Below are positions 1 through 9,265 of a DNA stretch of 64,000 nt, in pieces. Position numbers and translations under genes: made by a program. Source of the DNA: Patescibacteria group bacterium. GTDB lineage: Bacteria > Patescibacteriota > Minisyncoccia > Phycocordibacterales > Phycocordibacteraceae. Position 1 is the stretch's first letter. Each line of letters begins with the position of its first letter. The notes under the pieces were generated by a model. It was not told the DNA's origin. It did no database searches and worked only from the letters and a program-made list of their open reading frames with translations. The stretch spans positions 42,070-106,069 of the forward strand of contig JBBTSO010000005.1 of the NCBI GenBank assembly GCA_038064695.1. The letters are read 5' to 3'.

Positions 1-144
1 TTGAATACTCGCTTTGGAGTGCACCCACTCGCCATAGTGGAAAGCGTGGTCGTGGATCCTGATGAAACGGTGAGCACGGTGTACGCTCGCTCTCCTGTTT
101 CGTTTTCTGACATCGTGTACGTTACTTTTCTCCGTTCACTAGGA
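1..144 (+). CDS. 3' end of an upstream ORF (C-terminal about 47 aa, partial)
   Basis: Frame 1 runs open from position 1 to a TGA at 142-144. It lies directly upstream of a small membrane protein and a class B PBP, so an MreC-like C-terminus is possible by context only. Confidence 0.25.
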
Positions 145-149
145 ACGTT

Positions 150-407
150 ATGAAAAAAATCCACGCGGTACTTGGTCTCTACTTTATCGCTGTGTTCACC
201 ACTCCCTGGTTTGTGGTTCTGCCCTTTGGTTTAGCACTACTCGCGTTTTCTGAAAGGTACATCATTGTTCTTATTGGCGCGTTCATCTTTGATACGTTGT
301 TTGGAGCTCCCGTTCCATCGCTGGGAGGCATTTCATATGTTTTGACACTACTCTTTCTAGCGCTTTCGCTTCTCACCTTTGTTCTCCGAAGACGTTTGTT
401 AGAATAA
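150..407 (+). CDS. small integral membrane protein (85 aa); possibly MreD-like from its position before PBP2
   Basis: The ORF is predominantly hydrophobic (about 3 TM segments). It lies immediately upstream, with a 4-nt gap, of a class B PBP. Confidence 0.4.
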   Translation: MKKIHAVLGLYFIAVFTTPWFVVLPFGLALLAFSERYIIVLIGAFIFDTLFGAPVPSLGGISYVLTLLFLALSLLTFVLRRRLLE

Positions 408-411
408 GGAG

Positions 412-2091
412 ATGAGGATACGACGGAAACAGCGATACCAGGCAATAGAGCCGGATGAAATTTTGCTGGACGCGCAAAATTTGCCTGGGTTTGATGCAAC
501 TCGTCTTGAAGGGAAGTTAGAGCGTCCCTTGGAGCGAAATACATTTAGGAATTTTTTTATTGTCGTGGGACTCTTGGGTGCAGTGTTTATGGGACAACTG
601 GTGAAGCTCCAAGTGCTGGAGGCGGAAACATTAAAAGAACGCTCCGAAGCAAACCGTTTACAGCAGTCAATTATTATTTCTGAGCGCGGTGTCATTTTTG
701 ATAGAAACGGTGAGCTTTTAGCACTCAACACACCACAGCCAGATGTAGGTTTTTCTAAACGCACGTACCCCTTGGGGGAAGCAGCGTCACACGTGGTGGG
801 GTATGTGTCGTACCCGCGAAAAGACAGTAACGGTTTTTGGACTGAGATGGTCACGACGGGAAAATTTGGCATTGAACTCATAAAAGATGCTGAGCTCGCG
901 GGAGAAAACGGCATGGAAATAAAAGAGAGTAGCGCAACGGGGGACGTGGTGTCGGGGAGCACCATTCGTGTTCCGCAGGATGGTGATGACGTGACACTTT
1001 CTCTTGATGGCGCACTGCAAGAAAAGTTGTATTCACTTATCAAAACGCGAGCACTGGAAGCGTCATTTGTCGGTGGCTCGGGAGTTATTATGGATGTGCA
1101 TACGGGAGAGGTGTACGCGCTAACGAGTTTTCCTTCTTTTAATCCCGAAGTACTTGCCGAAGGAGAGGAGGTGGAGCTGATTGAAGAGTATTTTGGAGAC
1201 CTGCGCGCTCCACTTCTTGATCGAGCCATTGCCGGACTCTACACGCCAGGGTCAGTGGTGAAACCGTTTATGGCGCTCGCCGCTCTTGAAGAAAATGTTA
1301 TTTCTCCAGAAAAATCTATTTTTTCGTCAGGGTCAATTAGTATTCCTAACCCCTACAACTCTGAGTTACCATCGGTATTTCGTGACTGGAAAGCTCATGG
1401 GTGGACCGATATGCGAGAAGCACTTGCGGTTTCTTCAGACGTTTATTTCTACGCAGTCGGGGGCGGATACGAAGACCAACAGGGCTTAGGTATCAGCGCC
1501 ATTGAACAGTGGATGCGATCATTTGGTTTTGGCGAGCCGACAGGAATTGTGCTTTCTGGCGAAGAGGGTGGCGTTATTCCAAATCCAAAGTGGAAAGCAG
1601 AAAATTTTGAAGGTGAGCGGTGGTTTCTGGGAAACACATACCATACGGCAATTGGGCAGTACGGGTTTCAAGTGTCGCCACTGCAACTTGCACGAGGAAT
1701 TGCCGCAATCGCAAACGGGGGAACCGTGCTCACTCCATTGCTTGAAAAAGACGGACGTCCAAAAAAAGAGGTACTACCTATTGCCCCAAGCAGTGCCGAT
1801 GTTGTTCGTGAAGGAATGCGCCTCGCCGTAAAAGAAGGAACTGCCGCGGCACTCAATATCCCCGGTGTGTCAGTTGCCGCAAAAACGGGAACAGCTGAAG
1901 TAGGGGCACGGAAGGAATTCATCAATTCGGTGATCGTCGGATTTTTTCCCGCTGACGCGCCACGATTTGCGTTTGTCGTTGTCATGGAGCGAGCGCGTGC
2001 GGGAACTACTGCTGGCGCGCCATTGGTTATGCGACAGCTTTTGGAGTGGATGTATGTCGAACGTCCAGAGATGTTGGACGCTGTGGATTAA
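412..2091 (+). CDS. mrdA: penicillin-binding protein 2-like class B transpeptidase
   Basis: 559 aa with an N-terminal TM and a PBP dimerisation region. It carries SxxK (GSVVKPF), SSD (SxD, a variant of SxN) and KTGTA motifs. Confidence 0.8.
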   Translation: MRIRRKQRYQAIEPDEILLDAQNLPGFDATRLEGKLERPLERNTFRNFFIVVGLLGAVFMGQLVKLQVLEAETLKERSEANRLQQSIIISERGVIFDRNGELLALNTPQPDVGFSKRTYPLGEAASHVVGYVSYPRKDSNGFWTEMVTTGKFGIELIKDAELAGENGMEIKESSATGDVVSGSTIRVPQDGDDVTLSLDGALQEKLYSLIKTRALEASFVGGSGVIMDVHTGEVYALTSFPSFNPEVLAEGEEVELIEEYFGDLRAPLLDRAIAGLYTPGSVVKPFMALAALEENVISPEKSIFSSGSISIPNPYNSELPSVFRDWKAHGWTDMREALAVSSDVYFYAVGGGYEDQQGLGISAIEQWMRSFGFGEPTGIVLSGEEGGVIPNPKWKAENFEGERWFLGNTYHTAIGQYGFQVSPLQLARGIAAIANGGTVLTPLLEKDGRPKKEVLPIAPSSADVVREGMRLAVKEGTAAALNIPGVSVAAKTGTAEVGARKEFINSVIVGFFPADAPRFAFVVVMERARAGTTAGAPLVMRQLLEWMYVERPEMLDAVD

Positions 2092-2122
2092 TACCTATCT
2101 TTACCGTATACTGCTCTCTACT

Positions 2123-2620
2123 ATGGTATCAAAAAAAGCAGCGATTCCTGAAGCCCCGAGTAATGAAAACTTTTTAACTCAAGAAAAATTTGACGAAATT
2201 CAATCCGAGCTAGAACACCTCACCACCACGACGAGAAAGGAAATAGCGGAAAGCTTAGAATACGCGCGAAGTTTGGGCGACCTTTCTGAAAACGCTGAGT
2301 ATCAAGCGGCTCGCGAATTGCAGGCAGCAACCGAAGAGCGCATCCGACGTTTAGAGGGCTTGGTGAAGTCGGCCGTGATTGTTTCTGAAAAGAAAAAAGG
2401 GGTAGTTGGTTTTGGGAGTCAGGTGACTATTTGTAAAAAGGGTGATAAAGAAAAACACATCTATACCATCGTGGGAAGTGAAGAAGCAGATATGCGCGAG
2501 AAAAAAATATCACACCTCTCTCCCTTGGGCGAAGCGTTGATGAATCGTAAAAAAGGGGAGAAATTTGGGTTTAAAACACCGAGCGGAATGCAGGAGTATA
2601 CTATTATTGATATTGTTTAA
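2123..2620 (+). CDS. greA: transcription elongation factor GreA
   Basis: The MVSKK start is taken inside the longer track ORF. GreA coiled-coil signature (SENAEYQAARELQ) and a C-terminal FKBP-like domain are present. About 165 aa. Confidence 0.85.
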   Translation: MVSKKAAIPEAPSNENFLTQEKFDEIQSELEHLTTTTRKEIAESLEYARSLGDLSENAEYQAARELQAATEERIRRLEGLVKSAVIVSEKKKGVVGFGSQVTICKKGDKEKHIYTIVGSEEADMREKKISHLSPLGEALMNRKKGEKFGFKTPSGMQEYTIIDIV

Positions 2621-2626
2621 GAACAC

Positions 2627-4090
2627 ATGTCTAGTATTGATGATATCCGAAATGAACGCCTAAAAAAGGTAGCCAAATTGCGCGCGGAGGGGATTGACCC
2701 GTATCCGGCAGACTCGCTGCGGACTGAAGACAACGCCTCCTTTATTGCCTCGTTTGAGGAAAAAGAAAAATCTCAAAATATCATTACCCTTGCAGGACGC
2801 GTAATGTCACTCCGAGACCAAGGAGGTATTGTTTTTGTCGACCTTGATGACGGAACTCATCGGGTGCAAGCACTTATAAAAAAAGATGATGTGGAACCAG
2901 CGTCGTTCGCGCTCTTTCTTGAAACTGTTGACGTGGGAGATTTTATTGAAGTGACGGGGCATGCGTTTACCACTAAGCGCGGTGTCCAGTCTCTCTCAGG
3001 CACACACTGGCGCATGCTTACCAAAAGCATTCAGAACATTCCTAGTGAGTGGTTTGGAATTAAAGATGAAGATGAACGGTATCGAAAGCGCTACCTCGAT
3101 ATTTTGTTAAATGAAAAAACGAGTGATCTCATAAAGAAACGATCGGTGTTTTGGAATGCTATTCGTTCTTTTATGTTGGAACGCAACTTTGTAGAAGTTG
3201 AAACACCTGTGTTGGAAACAAAAACGGGAGGCGCCGACGCGCGGCCATTTGTGACACATCACAACGCGCTTGATATAGATGTTTACTTGCGCATCTCAGC
3301 GGGTGAGTTGTGGCAAAAACGTCTTTTGGTTGGTGGCATTCCTAAAACATTTGAAATCGGGAGAATTTTCCGCAACGAGGGAATGTCCTACGAGCACGCT
3401 CAGGATTACACGCAGTTTGAATTTTATGAAGCATACCAAAGTGGAGAACAGGGAGTCGCTATGCTCATTGATTTGTATAGAGCGGTTGCGCAAAAAACGT
3501 TTGGTACTCTCGCGTTCTCCATCAACGGATTTGAAGTTGATTTAGAAAAAGAGTGGACGCGCATTGACTTTAATACTGTTATGAAAAAGACGTACGGGTT
3601 TGACCCGCGCACGGTGACACTAAAAGAAGTAGTAGGACATCTCACCACCGAACACATTCCTTTTGAAAAAAATATTGATGTTGGTCGCGGTGTTGATCTT
3701 TTGTGGAAGCAGGTACGCAAAACAATCGGCGGGCCTTCTATACTCACTGGGATGCCGGTTTATCTTGAACCACTCGCCAAAAAGAATAAAGACGATAATC
3801 GTGTCGTGGATCGTTTTCAAATTTTAATAGGGGGAAGCGAGCTCGGTAAAGGATTTAATGAACTGAATGATCCTGTTGACCAAACTGAGCGTTTTATGAC
3901 TCAGCAAGCACTCCGCGACTCAGGTGATGAAGAGGCGCAGATGGCAGACTTAGAGTATGTTGAGGCACTTGAGTACGGTATGCCTCCCGCCTTCGGCTTT
4001 GGTGTATCGGAGCGTCTCTTCAGTTTTCTCGCGGGAGTTTCAATTCGCGAAGCACAGCTATTTCCTCTGATGCGTCCTCGTGGCGAATAA
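2627..4090 (+). CDS. lysS: lysine--tRNA ligase (class II)
   Basis: 487 aa with an N-terminal OB anticodon-binding domain and class II motifs (FRNEG, GGSELGKGFNELNDP). The overall LysRS-II layout is present. Confidence 0.92.
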   Translation: MSSIDDIRNERLKKVAKLRAEGIDPYPADSLRTEDNASFIASFEEKEKSQNIITLAGRVMSLRDQGGIVFVDLDDGTHRVQALIKKDDVEPASFALFLETVDVGDFIEVTGHAFTTKRGVQSLSGTHWRMLTKSIQNIPSEWFGIKDEDERYRKRYLDILLNEKTSDLIKKRSVFWNAIRSFMLERNFVEVETPVLETKTGGADARPFVTHHNALDIDVYLRISAGELWQKRLLVGGIPKTFEIGRIFRNEGMSYEHAQDYTQFEFYEAYQSGEQGVAMLIDLYRAVAQKTFGTLAFSINGFEVDLEKEWTRIDFNTVMKKTYGFDPRTVTLKEVVGHLTTEHIPFEKNIDVGRGVDLLWKQVRKTIGGPSILTGMPVYLEPLAKKNKDDNRVVDRFQILIGGSELGKGFNELNDPVDQTERFMTQQALRDSGDEEAQMADLEYVEALEYGMPPAFGFGVSERLFSFLAGVSIREAQLFPLMRPRGE

Positions 4091-4158
4091 TATGTAGTTG
4101 CACGGTGCGCCTCCACGGTGTACGGTGAAAGTAGGTTATAGATCATTACACAAAAACT

Positions 4159-4365
4159 ATGAAAGAATTATTGACACGAAAAAATGCATCACTCGTAGGC
4201 TACGCTGGTTTTGCTGGCTTCGGTTTGTATTCAATATTTGAAACAATGTTGGGAAATAACGAAGGAATGGGAAGCGAGGGCGCCGCGTTTCTTTCGCTCC
4301 TCGTTGGTTTATTTTTTGGTCAGCCAAAACCGATGGTGCATACAGGAGGAGGGGAAAAAGACTAG
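4159..4365 (+). CDS. hypothetical small membrane protein (68 aa)
   Basis: ORF with Gly-rich hydrophobic segments. No recognisable family. Confidence 0.3.
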   Translation: MKELLTRKNASLVGYAGFAGFGLYSIFETMLGNNEGMGSEGAAFLSLLVGLFFGQPKPMVHTGGGEKD

Positions 4366-4383
4366 GATCCGTAGCGACAAAAA

Positions 4384-4410
4384 GCGCCCGTTTTAGGGCG
4401 TTTTTTTAAT
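4384..4410 (+). terminator. rho-independent terminator-like hairpin (GC stem + T run)
   Basis: agcgcccgttttagggcgttttttt downstream of lysS and the 68-aa ORF. Confidence 0.5.
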
Positions 4411-4420
4411 GTTCCTATGT

Positions 4421-4490
4421 GTGGATAAAGGAGCAAAGGTGGGATGAAGTGTCATACAATGGTATCTATGTGGGAGAAAGTGGGATACTT
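4421..4490 (+). promoter_or_regulatory. mraZ promoter/operator region with GTGG(G/A) direct repeats
   Basis: GTGGAT at 4421 and GTGGGA at 4438, 4470 and 4480. The last two are spaced 10 bp apart. They flank a TACAAT -10-like hexamer at 4455, immediately upstream of mraZ. Confidence 0.55.
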
Positions 4491-4516
4491 TTAAAAAGTG
4501 CTCATCCACAACAAAC

Positions 4517-4951
4517 ATGCTGATTGGCGAATACCTCCACACCATTGATCCAAAAAAGCGTTTATCGCTTCCCGTAAAATTTCGCAAGGAATTGGGAAAA
4601 ACGGTTCTGGTGACGAGAGGTCTCGATCAGTGTCTCTTTGTCTTTCCACAAGCTGCATGGAAAAAGCTCGTTTCCAAATTTAGCGAACTTTCATTCGGTT
4701 CCGTTGAGGGGAGAAGCTTTAATCGCTTCATGCTCTCGGGGGCCGTGGAGGTTGACGTAGACTCCGCGGGGCGCATTTTGTTGCCAGAGTTCCTGAAGGG
4801 ATTTGCGGGACTCAAAAGCAAAGTGGTTCTTGCCGGAGTCAACGACCGTGTTGAAATTTGGGACGAGAAACGCTGGAATTCATACAAAGCAAAAATTGAA
4901 TCTCAAGGTGACGCGCTCGCGCAAAAGTTGGGTGAGATAGGCGTTATTTAA
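4517..4951 (+). CDS. mraZ: transcriptional regulator MraZ
   Basis: 144 aa, duplicated MraZ/SpoVT-AbrB fold. The N-terminal MLIGEY..DPKKRLSLP signature is present, and the gene is first in a dcw-type cluster. Confidence 0.92.
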   Translation: MLIGEYLHTIDPKKRLSLPVKFRKELGKTVLVTRGLDQCLFVFPQAAWKKLVSKFSELSFGSVEGRSFNRFMLSGAVEVDVDSAGRILLPEFLKGFAGLKSKVVLAGVNDRVEIWDEKRWNSYKAKIESQGDALAQKLGEIGVI

Positions 4952-4957
4952 AGCACC

Positions 4958-5851
4958 ATGCAGGGACACACTACCGTTCTTTTACACGAAGCAGTAGAGG
5001 GCTTATCACTTTCTCCGGGCAACACAGTCGTTGATGCGACGCTGGGCTTAGGAGGTCACAGCGTTTTGTTGGCGGACATTGTTGGAGCAGGGGGAGTAGT
5101 GGTGGGAATTGATGCTGACCAGAACGCGATTGATGAAGCACGTTCTCGACTTGCCACGGTTGAGGCACGCGTACACCTGATCAACGGAAATTTCCGTGAT
5201 CTTGCGACTCATCTTTCTGCCATTGGTTTCAGTGAAATACACGGGGCACTCTTTGACCTTGGATGGAACTCCACACAGTTGAACGCGGGAAGGGGATTCA
5301 GTTTTAAATCTGATGACCCACTGGTTATGACGTTGGACGCACATCCAGAAGAAGGGAGACTTACCGCGCATACGATTGTTAACCAGTGGAGTGAACGCGA
5401 CCTTGCCGACATCATTCGTACCCTCGGAGAAGAGAAGTTTGCAGGACGCATTGCGCGCGTGATTGTAGAGCATCGGAAAAAAACTCGAATCACTCGCGCG
5501 AATGAGCTTGCCGAAATCATTTCGTCCGCGGTGCCACATTTTTATCGCGTGGGAAGCATTCACCCCGCGACAAAAACTTTCCAAGCACTTCGGATGATGG
5601 TGAATGACGAGCTGACTTCACTCACTGCCGGACTTGAGCAAGCATTCTCACTCCTCGCCACCCACGGAAGAATCGCGGTCATTACCTTCCACAGCTTGGA
5701 AGACGGCCTCGTCAAACGATTATTTAGAGATCTTGCCAAAGAGGGACGTGCGATACTTGTCACCAAAAAACCACACATTCCAACACGAGAAGAAATTAGC
5801 AACAATCCTCGCGCGCGAAGCGCAAAATTACGAATTATTGAAAAAGTATGA
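4958..5851 (+). CDS. rsmH: 16S rRNA (cytosine1402-N4)-methyltransferase RsmH
   Basis: 297 aa with the HxPVLL-like start (HTTVLLHEAVEGL) and the GGHS motif. It follows mraZ. Confidence 0.92.
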   Translation: MQGHTTVLLHEAVEGLSLSPGNTVVDATLGLGGHSVLLADIVGAGGVVVGIDADQNAIDEARSRLATVEARVHLINGNFRDLATHLSAIGFSEIHGALFDLGWNSTQLNAGRGFSFKSDDPLVMTLDAHPEEGRLTAHTIVNQWSERDLADIIRTLGEEKFAGRIARVIVEHRKKTRITRANELAEIISSAVPHFYRVGSIHPATKTFQALRMMVNDELTSLTAGLEQAFSLLATHGRIAVITFHSLEDGLVKRLFRDLAKEGRAILVTKKPHIPTREEISNNPRARSAKLRIIEKV

Positions 5852-6165
5852 ACCGAACACACACCACGCGAGAAGTTTCTTTTGCATATGAAAAACGCAT
5901 CCTGTTCGGCGTGGGCGTTGTGATTTTAAGCTTGATGGTTATGTATACCTACTTCGTGTCGCTTTCTATCGCGCACGCGGTTTCTCGTGAATCATACGTG
6001 CGTGAATCAGAAGGTCTTGTAGACACGGTAGCGGCGCTTGAACGTGAGTACCTTACCCGTTCGAACAGCATGACCGAGCGCGTGGCGTATGGGTTAGGGT
6101 ATGTGCCTATTAGTACGCGTGTCTACGTAGAGCGCGGAGTGCTATCCTTGGGTAATGCGCGCTAG
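5848..6165 (+). CDS. ftsL: FtsL-like cell-division membrane protein
   Basis: 105 aa, single TM. It sits between rsmH and ftsI with overlapping stop/start codons. Identified by context and topology only. Confidence 0.5.
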   Translation: MNRTHTTREVSFAYEKRILFGVGVVILSLMVMYTYFVSLSIAHAVSRESYVRESEGLVDTVAALEREYLTRSNSMTERVAYGLGYVPISTRVYVERGVLSLGNAR

Positions 6166-7915
6166 CTTCATAAATAGAATTCGCGTACTCGCTCTCATAC
6201 TTCTCGGTGTGGGAGTTGTTTTATTGTTTAGGTTGTACACCATTCAAATCATAAACGGTGAATCGTATCGCGCCCGGGCTGAAACACAGTACTCATCTCA
6301 GAGCCCGCTGCACTTTGATCGAGGGTCAATTTTTTTTACCGCCCGTGACGGTTCACGAATAAGCGCGGCAACACTGGAAACAGGCTATACCGTGGCGCTG
6401 GTTCCTAAAGAGGTGACTAACGTCTCAGTACTCTATGAGTCACTTTCTCAACATCTTGAATTAGACGCAGAGGAATTTTTAGAAAAAGCGGGGAAAACAA
6501 ATGACCCATACGAAGAAATCGCGCGACGCGTTCCCCTTGATATTGGTGAAGCAATAAAAGAAAAAAAATTGCCAGGAGTGCAGGTTATACGTGAAAAATG
6601 GCGACTCTATCCGGGTAACGAAACCGCAGCGCAGACGATTGGGTTTATGGGGTATGGTTCTGGGGACACCCTGGTAGGTCAGTACGGGTTGGAACGTTTT
6701 TATGATGAGGTGTTAACCAAACCAAACACCGGCCTCTACGTCAACTTTTTTGCCGACCTCTTTGCAGGAATTCGCTCTCAATTTTTTTCACCCCAAGGGC
6801 AGGGAGGTGCCGACGTCGTGACCTCGCTTGAACCCAACGTGCAAACATTTTTACAGGGAGTGCTGGAGTCATACCAAACGGCGTGGAGCGCCGAAGAAGT
6901 TGGAGCGATTATCATTGACCCAAAAACAGGAAGCATTTACGCACTCGCGACGTACCCGACGTTTGACTTAAACCACATCACGCAAGCAAACCCCGATGCA
7001 TTTTCGAATAGATTAGTAGAGCGCGTGTACGAGTTTGGTTCTATTGTAAAACCACTGACGGTCGCTGCTGGCATTGACGCGGGTGTGGTGACTCCGGAGA
7101 GTACGTACAACGATAAGGGGTACGCGGTGTATGACGGTTCACGTATTTCTAACTTCGACGGCAAGGGAAGGGGAGTTGTTTCCATACAGGAGGTATTGAA
7201 TCAATCTTTGAACACGGGTGTCGCACACATTGTTGAAAAGCTTGGCTCCAACACGTTCCGTTCGTACCTTGAAGCGTATGGTTTGAAGGAAGAAACGGGG
7301 ATTGATTTGCCGAACGAAGCTGAGCCTCTTGTTTCAAACCTTGAAAGTCCACGAACCATTGAGTACGTTACCGCGTCGTTCGGGCAAGGCATTGCGGTAA
7401 CTCCCGTTGCGATGACGCGCGCGTTAGCCGTGCTGGCAAATCATGGCGTGGTTCCGTCCATTCACGTTGGCACGGCGCTGTCGTACGCGGGGCGCTTTGA
7501 TAAAAAGATTGGGTGGGTAAAAGAAGAGCGCGCGCTTTCGCCTGAAAGTGCCGAAACGGTAACACGTATGCTGGTTGAAGTAGTGGATACGTCGCTTCGT
7601 GGTGGATCGGTAAAAATTCCTGAACTTTCAGTGGCTGCCAAAACAGGGACGGCACAAATCGCGCGCGCAGACGCGCGCGGATATGAAGAAAACCGCTTCC
7701 TTCACTCATTCTTTGGATATTTCCCCGCCTATGATGCGCAATTTTTAGTTTTTCTATACGCGGTAGCGCCACAGGGCGCGCGGTACGCATCTGAAACGTG
7801 GACTGCTCCCTTTATGGAAACAGTGCGTTTTCTGGTATCCTATTACGATATACCTCCTGACCGTTTGCCCGTTGAGGCACACCGCACCGAAGAATCAGCA
7901 CGACACGATCTATGA
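6155..7915 (+). CDS. ftsI: peptidoglycan D,D-transpeptidase FtsI (class B PBP)
   Basis: 586 aa with an N-terminal TM and SxxK (GSIVKP), SLN and KTGTA motifs. Position is after ftsL and before murF. Confidence 0.85.
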   Translation: MRASFINRIRVLALILLGVGVVLLFRLYTIQIINGESYRARAETQYSSQSPLHFDRGSIFFTARDGSRISAATLETGYTVALVPKEVTNVSVLYESLSQHLELDAEEFLEKAGKTNDPYEEIARRVPLDIGEAIKEKKLPGVQVIREKWRLYPGNETAAQTIGFMGYGSGDTLVGQYGLERFYDEVLTKPNTGLYVNFFADLFAGIRSQFFSPQGQGGADVVTSLEPNVQTFLQGVLESYQTAWSAEEVGAIIIDPKTGSIYALATYPTFDLNHITQANPDAFSNRLVERVYEFGSIVKPLTVAAGIDAGVVTPESTYNDKGYAVYDGSRISNFDGKGRGVVSIQEVLNQSLNTGVAHIVEKLGSNTFRSYLEAYGLKEETGIDLPNEAEPLVSNLESPRTIEYVTASFGQGIAVTPVAMTRALAVLANHGVVPSIHVGTALSYAGRFDKKIGWVKEERALSPESAETVTRMLVEVVDTSLRGGSVKIPELSVAAKTGTAQIARADARGYEENRFLHSFFGYFPAYDAQFLVFLYAVAPQGARYASETWTAPFMETVRFLVSYYDIPPDRLPVEAHRTEESARHDL

Positions 7916-9204
7916 TGAAAGAATACATTCGCACCTTCATTGTGTATTTGCTCACGCTTGAAGCGCGTGCGGTACTGAAAAAGTACAAACCGCGACTCAT
8001 CGTGGTAACTGGATCAGTGGGAAAGACTTCCACTAAAGACGCCACGTACGCGGCACTAAAACAGGTCGCGTTTGTTCGAAAGAGTGAAAAAAGTTACAAC
8101 TCAGACATTGGCGCGCCGCTCACCATTTTGGGAGTGCCAAACGGGTGGAGCAACTTGTACCAATGGTTTAAAAATTTATTTGATGGCGCGATGCTCCTTT
8201 TAATTTCAACACCGTACCCAACGTGGCTGGTGGTAGAGGTTGGCGCGGACCGCCCCGGAGATATTTCCAAATCACTTTCTTGGTTAAAACCAACGGTCGT
8301 GGTTACCACGCGCTTTCCCGCCATACCGGTTCACGTGGAGTACTACGCTTCGCCAGAAGCGGTCATAGAAGAAGAACTGTACCCACTCTCTGCGCTTGCC
8401 GAAGGTGGGGTAGCGGTTATCAATGCTGATGAGCCTCATACGGCACAGGTCACTTTAAAATCCGGTGTGCGTACACTTACGTACGGTTTTTCAAAACGCG
8501 CTGATGTTCGCGCACATCGATATCGCGTGTCAAAAAAAGCAGGGTTACCGAGCGGCATTACCTTTGATGTGATGCACCAGGGTACTGAAATTTCAATTGT
8601 CATCCCGGGCGTTGTGGGGAAAACACACGTGTACGCAATTTTAGGCGGTATGGCAGGGGCGCTTGCCACAGGGGCCACTCTTTCTAATATTGCAAAGCTC
8701 GCGGATTCATACGATGCTCCTCCAGGACGGCTTCGCCTCGTTCCAGGAATGCACGAGTCACTCATCGTTGACGACTCATACAATTCTTCTCCCGCTGCGG
8801 TTGAAGAAGCACTGGAGGCACTGCAAAACGCCACGCACACCGGAAGGCGCATTGGAATACTAGGAGATATGTTGGAGTTAGGCTCATTTTCAGCCAAAGA
8901 GCACGCGCGCATTGGAGTACTCGCAGAGTCACGTCTCGATATGTTGATAACTGTCGGGGTTCGCGCGCGCGGTATTGCTGAAGCGGCCTTAGAGAAGGGG
9001 ATGCCGGTTTCTGCTGTGCACCTGTTTGAGCGGGGGAGCGACGCCGCTTCTTCAGTATTATCTGAATTAAAAAAAGGCGACGTGGTGTTAATAAAAGGGT
9101 CCCAGAGTATGCGTATGGAGCGTATTACTAAGGCACTTATGCAAAACCCTGAAGAGGCGGTAAAATTTCTCCCGCGTCAAGATACCGAATGGCTCGCTCG
9201 GTGA
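7912..9204 (+). CDS. murF: UDP-N-acetylmuramoyl-tripeptide--D-alanyl-D-alanine ligase MurF
   Basis: 430 aa, Mur ligase P-loop (TGSVGKTSTKD) and the Mur ligase C-terminal domain. Confidence 0.85.
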   Translation: MMKEYIRTFIVYLLTLEARAVLKKYKPRLIVVTGSVGKTSTKDATYAALKQVAFVRKSEKSYNSDIGAPLTILGVPNGWSNLYQWFKNLFDGAMLLLISTPYPTWLVVEVGADRPGDISKSLSWLKPTVVVTTRFPAIPVHVEYYASPEAVIEEELYPLSALAEGGVAVINADEPHTAQVTLKSGVRTLTYGFSKRADVRAHRYRVSKKAGLPSGITFDVMHQGTEISIVIPGVVGKTHVYAILGGMAGALATGATLSNIAKLADSYDAPPGRLRLVPGMHESLIVDDSYNSSPAAVEEALEALQNATHTGRRIGILGDMLELGSFSAKEHARIGVLAESRLDMLITVGVRARGIAEAALEKGMPVSAVHLFERGSDAASSVLSELKKGDVVLIKGSQSMRMERITKALMQNPEEAVKFLPRQDTEWLAR

Positions 9205-9265
9205 GTAGACGTTGGTCATTCCGCAGCACCACCACAGTAGCGTTTTTCCGTAGTAGAATTACGCT

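Noticed and set aside
399-1229. Long antisense ORFs inside confident genes, for example 399-1229 (-), 16691-17152 (+), 39787-40245 (+) and 49070-49459 (+)
   Set aside because: They are shadow ORFs opposite well-supported genes (PBP2, YqeY, M20 peptidase, hydrolase). They have low-complexity Ser/Arg/Pro-rich translations and no start context.
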